NCBI GenBank assembly: GCA_964016885.1
Contig: OZ024747.1
Coordinates: forward strand, 69,750,001 to 69,814,000
DNA: 64,000 nucleotides
Direction: 5' to 3'
Source of the DNA: Eledone cirrhosa
Taxonomy: Eukaryota
The position numbers and the translations under genes were made by a program. Shown here piece by piece: positions 54,535 to 64,000 of this stretch; within the stretch, counting starts at the first letter, position 1, and every line of letters starts with the position of its first letter. Under the pieces are notes generated by a model that saw only the letters and a list, made by a program, of their open reading frames with translations, was not told the origin of the DNA and did no database searches.

Positions 54535-57029
54535 CACTCTCTCTCTCTCCTCGCTTTAATTGATAGATAAAGTTTTACATATAAAGGAAGGATAAGTTAA
54601 AGATATTGCACCAAACTTACAGGAAATTGCTGAGATATTTGATGATTTACGTAATACATATGAGAAAATATACACCATTAAACATTTAATTACTGAGGTA
54701 AAGAGGAGAAAAAAAGGAAGTGAAAACTGATATTTCCAATATTTCATGCTTTTGACATGTCATTGTAAAATATGGTGAATGCATATGATATAATATGATA
54801 GAAAGGACTTCTTTAAAAAGAATATGATGAAGGGCCATTGAAGAAGAATCCATTTAAGTTTGGAAATGTTATGATATTCAAAGAAGTAGAGCTAACCAAA
54901 GAAACATGTTAAATTCTTTAGAAACGAGGCATCTACTATGTAACTGATACAAACTACACTGAACCGAGTGCACACAATATTCAATTTTAATCAAAATTGC
55001 ACAGCAAGGATAAATAGACCAACACCAAAACTGAATATTACATCATAGATTGGATACAAACGTGAGTTTAATATATGGAAGTGAATTATTTGATCCATTT
55101 ATGTGTTTCAAAGGCGTAGAGAATGAGATTTGCTATAATCCTAAATTAAGCATTTTATTCTTGCCAAGGATGATATCATACTCGACCCAATTGAAATAAA
55201 ATTTAATAGATAGAATTTTAAATAGCAAGTTATCATATGAGTGGTTATGTTGATAGTTGAGTTAGTAGACAGCTGGAAGATCAGTTAAATTATTAATGGC
55301 TCATATTCCATCTTTGGTGATTTGTATGTTGTATAGCTAAGATACCAGACTGAATTTCTCTCACAAGCTTTGAGACTATAGTAGAAAACACTCAATTTCT
55401 TAACTGCACAAGAACACCTTCACCCACCTATGTACTTAACTTTAAACATCACATTGAAGACACCTAACATATTTCTTCTATTAGCTCTCCTGATAAAAAA
55501 ATCATTACAAAGTCCTTTACAATTACAAGTGGTCTTATAAATATGCCATCTATTGTGTCTTCAAGGTAGATACATTGGATTGTATTCCTAGGTTGTTCTT
55601 CAGATCCATACAAAAACTTAAATTCCACATTGCAGTATGATAAAACACCTTTTTAAAATGTTTGTGTTCTTCTTGATTTTATCATTTAAGTGTATCTATC
55701 CATGAAAGCTATTTATACCAAACAGAGTTAAAAGTCATAAATCAAATTTTTACTTTCACGAGTTTGGTCAATAACAAATACATTTTTTTTAGTAATTTTC
55801 AAATAGCACTGCAAATAAAGAAACTTCTAGACATTTATGCTTACACTATTGCTAAAACTATCTGCATTAAAAATACATATTTCATATTTACCAAATAGTA
55901 GCCAAGTCTTCCTAAAATCAAAACTCATCACCTTTGTGGTAGTTGTGATTGTTGTTGCCAGTGCTAGTCATAATAATGCACCTTCTACTGTTGTTATTGC
56001 TGATATTGCTTTTATTTGTGTAACAAGGTCTGGCAGCAATAGAGTTGTGAATTCTTCTCCCTTACCATATATCAAAGAACACACAAATTACTTGTTCTAT
56101 TAAGATCTACATACTAAGCAGCGTTCTACTCTTGAAGCAAATGTGGTCAGTGGTCCTTCTCATGTGTGCAGATAATGTCAGTATCAGTAGCTCATAAGGT
56201 AATCTTGACCAGTTTTCCATACAAGTTGATCTAGCACTAGTAACCTTGCCATACTTCTTCAGGATCATTACCAGCAGATCCAGGTCCCACTCTGGTGGCT
56301 TCTTCAACAGCATGGACCTAGAAGTTCACCATCCCATTCATGTTGAAGCAGATGAATTTAGCTGGTAGAAATTTGATTATAAAGATTTTCTTTCCCTCCT
56401 CTTGACTGTTACAAAAGAGCTACACTGTACCATTAAGTCTTTCAATTTAGGTATGTCATACAGTGTCCCTTTTAGGGCACCTTTTCAGCTTGCACCAGAT
56501 TGTTTAGAGTTTCTTTAAGATGCAAATGAAAGTGACTTTTCTTTTCTCTTTTTTCAATAGCTCCTCCTCTTCTTGAAGGAACATAAGATATGGCCACATG
56601 ATATTCCAGCTGTACTTCAACAAATGTTTGGTCTTTGATCTCCTAGGAAACCCTGTCATTTGCACAAACAATCCTTTTTCTCAGGAAGGGCTTGTAGCTA
56701 TAGTTGTTAATCATATTGTTGGCAGCAGTATTATTTTTGACAACAGTGATGGATGTGTTGCTGTTACCTCTGTTGTTTGTATTGTGCCAGATGCTACAAT
56801 GGGTATAACAATAGGGATGTGTCTTGAGACATCTGTTGAAGACACAAAGTTTCTGCTACAATTTGTTCTTGATACTATTATTGTTGCCATCATCTTTAAC
56901 ATCACTAAAGCTTGTGTTGCTGGTGCAATAGGCTACCAGAGACTGATGGAATGAAGGGAAAATTGCATGCTGCCTTCATATTCAATTTTATCAAAATGCT
57001 TCTAATGCAGCTTGGTCTGCTCCTCATAA

Positions 57030-57850
57030 CTTATTCACAAGTATAAACAATGGATGCCACAAATTTTGCTGGGAAATTATTGGTGAGCTGAACACAGTAT
57101 TACTTAACTCGACAGAAAATGATCTCCAGCTTACACTAGATAGCTTTGAGGCCAAGTGCTGCATGGTTGGAATGAAAATCAGTGCAGTGATAACTGAGAA
57201 ACTTATCCTTTCAAGAAAGCCTGTGTAGTACACTCTACATATGAATGGAATTTCACAGAAGCAGATAGAGAATTTCAAGTATCTCAAGGTCATGTTCATG
57301 AATGATGGAAGGCAGGAAGCTGAATTAAGTGCAAGATTTGTAGGAGATGGTGCAGTAATGCACCACCTTCAGCATTTGGTAATGAGAAGGGAGGTAGGTA
57401 TAAAAGCCAAACTGGCTATCTCCAATTTGGTATTCATGCCAAACTCTACCCATGGTTCATGAATCTTGGGTATTAATCGAAACAATATGTTTCTGAATAC
57501 AAGGAGCCAAAAATGGAGTTCCTCTGAAGCGTCTTTGGAGTAATGTTACTCAATATTGTGCATAGCTTAGGGATCAGACAGTCATTCCGGTCAAAGACAA
57601 TACTTCTCCAAATTGAGGGATTACAGCTTCAATACTATGGGCATATGGATAGAATCGCTGGATGGATTTTAAAGGCAAAAACTAATCAGCAGGAGACTCA
57701 GGGGTAGACCTCAAGCAAGATGATTGGATAACATCCATGAACTTGTCTGGTCCTCCTTGGGGATCAGTCAGATCAGTTGGAAATGGTTATTTCTGACAGG
57801 ACCCACTGGAAGGAGTGTTTAAAGACCTCCATGACCCTCTCATGAATAAT
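57030..57850 (+). pseudogene. Ancient decayed RTE-like RT/C-terminal remnant
   Basis: LQ..LDSF...GMKIS, QIENFKYLKVMFMNDGRQEAE, THGS*, LQYYGH, and a GRP-like sequence. Confidence 0.7.
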
Positions 57851-59709
57851 AAGTTGAAGAAGTTATTGTTGGTTATATTGACCACAGTACTTATCGGCTT
57901 TAGAAAGAGGAACATCAAAGAAGCATCAACAATTATGATGACTAGGGATTTACTGAAATTCTTCTTCTGCACTATCTCCACACCTATTTTCACTTTAATT
58001 CTTTTTCAGGGATTTCTATTTTAATATTATTTAGTATTCAAAGTATGATCTAACAACCTTGCCTCAAGTTTTGCTCATGTCACTCCTACCACATATAAAC
58101 ATACACTATTATTGGGAATGATGTTCTCAGTTTGCACATGTCATATATATCATCAACTGTGATATGACATAGAAAGAGACACAATGAAGTAAGTCGAATA
58201 ACAACCTCATTCTAAATTTTCCTTATGTCACTCCTATCTCATATATTCACTGCTATTAGTGCAAACTATTCTGCCACAACCTCTGTTTTAATTACACATT
58301 CATTTGTTATATTACAATTACATATCCAACAACAATATAAGATTTTATTTAAATTTGATTAGCAATGACAAAGATTTGAAGTGTGTGAGAAATGAAAAAT
58401 TCAAGTGTCATTTGTATGGAGTAGCAAATGCTCTAATAAAAGGAACCACAGAAACCTGTCTTCCAGTTTTAAGTTTGTGATAGGATTATTTCATTTGCAA
58501 TTTCTCACTTTTGTTGTTGGATTATAAAAGATTATTGTCAGAAATGTCAAAGCAATTGTTAGGTGTAACCATCTCTAGTGTTCACTATCAGTACTATACC
58601 ACATTGGGGATGGGTTTATATAGATACACTTTTCAGTTTAAATATCTCCTGGTCTCAAAAGGACATTTGAAAGCCAAATAACAGAAGTGTAAGAAAAGTG
58701 GTAGAAGCATATAGTAAACTATATGAAATACGCCACAGTTAAACTACAATAAAAGCAAGATTGCTTAAAACAATGTGAAATAGATTTTCATTTCTAGTTA
58801 TTAAATGCAATTACACTAACATATCGAATTCATAATAAAAAAGGGTCTCTATTAATAAAAAAGCAATAAGTCTAAATATATAAAACAAATTAAGCAGAAA
58901 CAAAATATGGATGACATGATTTAATCCTTTGTACTGCAGCAACAACCATCATAGCTCTTCAAATGTTTTTGTTGTTATTGATATTTAGGCCAGCAGAGAT
59001 CGATGTGATTCATGATCAACGATGTTGGCCCTTGCTCAGTTAGTCTTTTTAGATGTCTAGATGTTTTGTTCATAGGGAAGTAAGTATATCTACCAATTTT
59101 GTAACATGACCATCCCTCCTAATAGTATAAGATGGTACAACAATGTAGCACGTACACTGCAGCTGAGATGTTTTTATTATACTTGGTTTATATTTTAAAT
59201 TATGTTAGATATAAAGTAAATATTGTTGGTCAGGGAGGTTGTAGATTTTTATTTCTAAATTCAAAACCTGATGTCTTTGACTGTGCTTTTCTTTTTTTCT
59301 GGAGCGGATTAAAATATAATATTCTTGAGTGTTTTATTACATGAGAAATAATATTTTTTGCCTATATAATTGGAAAACAGACTGTATAATTGGAGTAAGT
59401 TAAATTTTCCAGAATTAACTAGAGATTTTATATAACTTTATGACATTTTTAATGGTCCTTGAAACAAAATAATGTATTTAAAATATTTTAGAAATAATAA
59501 AGAAACATATTGTAGTTTACACAATGTTCTGAAGAAATCTACATTATGACATAACAGCAAGACAAGCACTAGGGTGTGAGGAAAGTAGTAATGATTTTCA
59601 TTATCAAAAGATATTTCAATATAATTCTTCCTTAGTACATAATTGAGAGTCAGTATCCCATTAGATTGCTTTTATGCCTTCTTTTGTTGCCAAAGTTAAT
59701 TATGAAGAT

Positions 59710-60055
59710 GGAGGCACATGGCTTAGTGGTTAGAGCATTGGCCTTGCAATTGAAAGGTTGTGAGTTCAATTCTCAGACCGGGTGATGTGTTGTTTCCTTG
59801 AGCAAGACACTTTATTTCACATTGCTCCAGTTTACTCAGCTGTAGAAATGAGATGATAGGGACTGGGATCCCTATCATTCCACTGCAAAGTGGTCGTGTA
59901 GGCGGCCCGGCAAAAAAGCACCCAACATTCACTGTAATGAGGTTGGTTTTAAGAAGGGCATCCAGCTGTAGAAATCAAGCCAGAATCAGTTCCCATCCCA
60001 CCCTTGCAAGCAGAGAAAAGCAGACGTGAAATGAAAATGAAATGAATGAAATGAT
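59710..60055 (+). mobile_element. SINE family A, full length, (GAAAT)n tail
   Basis: A box TGGCTTAGTGG, B box GAGTTCAATTC, CORE-like block and RTE-like tail. Confidence 0.92.
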
Positions 60056-63000
60056 GTAAAGAATACTTTTAACTTAGATTTGGCATTCACATTTTCAGTG
60101 ATGATAACATTTTGTCCAAATGTGAAGTGCAACAAAAAAGACCTCTTAGTCATTATGTTACCAATGTTGCTGGCATCGAGCTTTATAAACAGAACCTCAA
60201 TGATGCTACCCCCAGCAGCAACCATCTTAATGTCTAGGTAGCTTCACATGATTCACTCTCTTATTAGATTATGCTCTGAACTTATTGAAGCTAAAAGTAA
60301 ATCTCACATTTTCAACTATAAGTGTTATGATTACCAGGAAACAACATATTCCATAATGTCGTACCTTCTTGTCCCAGAAAGTTCTGATTAGATTCTTCTC
60401 GAATCCTTCAGATCTTAAAAAATGATTTGAAAATTAAATGTCATAAATGTGAATGATTTTGTAATTTAAATCACACTTGTAAATTTATAAGTGTAGAAAT
60501 CTATTGGAAGCACACAAACACAGACACACACAAACGCACACACACATACACACACATAAATATATAAATAAGCCCATTTCTTTAAAGCAGATACTGAACA
60601 CTAGAGATGGTTACACCTAAATATTACTTTATAGTGTCTGTTTATTTGTTTTGTACCCCTGACATTACATTCTACCTTGGGTGAATCTACCTTTTATCAT
60701 TCTAAGATCAAACACATAAGTATTGTTGACTGTTGTTGACTCAATTGACTCTGATCTGATTCAGTTCCAGAAGTGTTGAATGAACATCAAGTAACATAAA
60801 GATAATCAATAACTAGAAATTAAACCCAAACTATACCCTATCCTTATCTGATTTGAGAAGTGTCTTAGGAAATATTGCCTGTCAATGAGGGAGTTTTTTA
60901 TATAGCCATTTAACCTACAAAAATAGCAGCCAAAGAAAATGTCCCACCAATTGTAGTCCCACTGTCTTAGAAAATAATTGCACATTTGCTGGAATGTCTT
61001 TGATCACTGTTCAGTGTTAATCTAGAGCTAAATCACAAAAACAACTGTATAGTTTTGTTGTTGTTGCTATTATAGTTACTTTAAATGTTATATTCATTCC
61101 TGTTTTAACGAATAGGTTCTAATTTGTTAATTTTAGTAAAATATTGTCAGATTAAATTTCTAAACTTCACAATATTGGAGAATTCAAACATTGTTACATA
61201 GGAGCATTCCATCCATAACAGTCACACGTACTATGTTATCTATAACTTTCATATTTTTTTAAAATGGTAAGTGAGATCAGGCCTGTTCAAAGCTAGGAGG
61301 AGACAAAATGAAAATATCAAAGGACATGCTAAACTTAAATAGAAATATATTTTCAAATAATTTGTATCACAAGAAAAGATGAAAAATTGGTGTGAAATTA
61401 TAAAATACATAAATAAGTACAATGAGATATTTACATATGTGATGTGTTTCATGCTAAACAATGCCATTACTTTTAAGCAATCTGACGATTTTGTGTTTAT
61501 ATATTTTCAGATTAGGCAGGAGGATGGTTTTTCTAATGAAATGACTCTGCTTTGATTCGTGGTTGTGAATATTTTGCTTTACTTACATTACTTTTGTCGT
61601 TCAAAACTATATATACATTTTAACTACTGTTTCCATATCCCTGACATTAGTAGACATAGATCCTTCAGTTATTGTTCTTGTTTAATTGAGCAACCCTCTC
61701 AAGGGCATTTCAGTTAGGACCATCACATTTTTATATCAGGGTTTACATTGTCCAATGCATTCTCTCTTTTATAAAACAGAAGGATGTAATTGGAGAGAGG
61801 TTTAGCTGCTATTTCTTGCAATCGAAAACCATAAAGAGGTTCTTTCATTAGCTTGATCACCCACTTATAGAAGACACAAGACTTGGAAGTTCAATTAAGT
61901 AATTATAATTATCACACTATATTAATGTATTTGCTGTGTAGCTGCAATCTGGCTCAGCTGAAACAGATTTCTAGTAGAAATAATTGGGTGGTCATACAAA
62001 AATAGAATACGCCATTCATAGTCTAATTTTGGTCATTTATCAAAATATTATAGTTCAGGATTTCACCATGAGAACAATCTCTCTTATAAAATATAATAAA
62101 ATAATTTTATAATTATGGTATTATTCCTGGGTTAATTATATTTTGTATGTTATCTCTTCTTCAATCTTGGAAAATATAATATTTGAGGCAGCATAGAAGT
62201 GATTAGTTATTAGCAAGACAACTATCTGATTTCGTTTTGTTTTCACATTGTACCAGTTTTATTTCCTTTATGTAGCTAATGCCCTTGAGAATGATATAAA
62301 TGTCATGTGTTCATATTTTCCATTTCATATAAATCTAAATGTTTGAGCCTGTATAAGAAATAATTATTATAAAATGGATATTACTCTGCTGTTCTTATAT
62401 TATGTGTTCATCAGCCTAGTTGAAAATGTTCCCCATTCTCATATAATGGTTGACGAATTAATATTGTTCCAATAGTTTATATGGATGTATTCAAATATTC
62501 ATAACTAACCCACCCATGAAAGCCAAGTGTTTATTAAAAATTTCATCTACAATAACAATTTGCTTTGCTAGTTACAAATGTTCATAGCAAGTGTAGCTAG
62601 TCATGATGAAACTTTCACAATTCTTCAACAAAGAATCATTCAGTAACTATGTATTCTTTAATTAAACTGAAGACACAGCATCCAGGTATATAAGCCAATT
62701 AAAGTTTTCTTTTAGAATTCAGTTTTCCACTGCATCTGCAGCTGAAATCTATACCTACCAATACACATTCTCTCAGAATATCGCTTCATACCTACAAAAA
62801 TCATTTATTTTATTAAGTCAAAGTATCAAGCTAGATACATATAATTCTAAAGAAGTTGTTATTGTTAGCCATGTGTAAATTCTGATTGAGGGACAACATA
62901 TCTTAGTTTCAGTTAATCCTGTACTGTGTTTGTACAGATATCTATTTATCATATATGCAGGTTGTTTAGTAGATACCATGCTGACAAACACTATTTTTCC

Positions 63001-63188
63001 TCTTATTCAACCTTCCACTCTTCTCTTTCTCCTTCATTATTCCTTCTGAGGAACAACTCCCTATGGATTGAGACATTCTTGTTCCTTTTCCAGTTTCCAG
63101 CAAGGGTGGACCAAATAAGATTTGTGTAATTGTATCTTGGTAGTTATCTTCTTTAATCTTGAAATATATATATATACAAATATATATA

Positions 63189-63232
<44 letters not shown>

Positions 63233-63364
63233 AATATATATATAATTATAAGGGATAACAAAATATCGTTATAGGTAATCCAGTTCGAGGTTGTGAATAC
63301 TTCGCATTATGGATAGGTATCTTCCGACTTCATACTATAATTATATATATAATTATATATATAT

Positions 63365-63678
63365 TTGTTATAAGAATAGATTAAAGTTTAAGCAAAGAAT
63401 TGCTGCTTTCACTCTTAACAGGATCTTTTGAAACTAAAAAATATCAGTCTGTGCATGCAGAAGTAAATTTTCGAAAAACGTTACAACTGAAGGAAAACAG
63501 GAAAACGATACTTTGGTTCGTGAAGACGTTCCTTGGCAATGAACGGAAAAAAGCGAGAGTAATTACGTCGTTATGTGGATCGATGGGAACTATTTGTTCT
63601 ACAGGCTCATATATATATTATATATATATAATCCTTATCAAGCTCTCTTCGGATTTTAGTCTTCACATTTATTATTAT
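63365..63678 (-). mobile_element. Family C HHR-like element (longer copy, core mutated to CAAAAGA)
   Basis: Homologous to 20480-20680 and to 32412-32460. Confidence 0.75.
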
Positions 63679-63851
63679 TGGCAGTATCGGTAGAGGGTCG
63701 GACGCCATGCTTTCCAGCATAGTTACGTCCCTTTACGATCTGAGTTCAAATCCCGCCGAGGTTGACTTTGCCTTTCATCCTTACGGGGTCGATAAAATAA
63801 AGTACCAGTAATGCACTGGGTAATTGCTGGCCTTGTGCCTAAAGTAGAAAC

Positions 63852-63857
<6 letters not shown>
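63678..63857 (+). mobile_element. SINE family B
   Basis: B box, core block and AGAAACAATTA tail running into (TA)n. Confidence 0.9.
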
Positions 63858-63904
<47 letters not shown>

Positions 63905-63907
<3 letters not shown>

Positions 63908-64000
63908 AGTGTCAGGACCCCGACGGCTGAGTTCCGGCTGTTTTGACAGCTAGGTCCGAACTAAGCCACCAGTATTAGAACGGTGGAAATCTAGCTGAAA
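63905..64000 (-). mobile_element. Family E-related element, cut by the window edge
   Basis: AGGACCCCGACGGCTGAG shared with 45912-45930. Confidence 0.65.

Overview
AT-rich, repeat-dominated animal intronic or intergenic DNA. It is most consistent with an octopus (coleoid cephalopod) genome, inferred from the RTE LINE, tRNA-SINE and (TA)n landscape. No host protein-coding gene can be supported, and the many Tyr/Ile ORFs are microsatellite artefacts. Contents: (i) about 12 RTE-clade LINE fragments, the longest a 2.8-kb copy with an uninterrupted RT ORF carrying an inserted PHD-type zinc finger; (ii) two tRNA-derived SINE families; (iii) very long compound (TA)n arrays that host nearly all young insertions; (iv) a Penelope-like element (PLE) relic absent from the ORF track, encoding a GIY-YIG endonuclease on the minus strand (46601-47110) with a hammerhead ribozyme (HHR) in its 3' region; (v) at least six unrelated families of short non-coding elements built around type I HHR folds (canonical, U3-A8 and U4A core variants, plus decayed or partial copies). 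These show partial-tandem or circularly permuted terminal repeats and fold-back inversions, and sit in (TA)n. Together they look like a PLE/retrozyme-like ribozyme retroelement system. All folds were read by eye, not computed.
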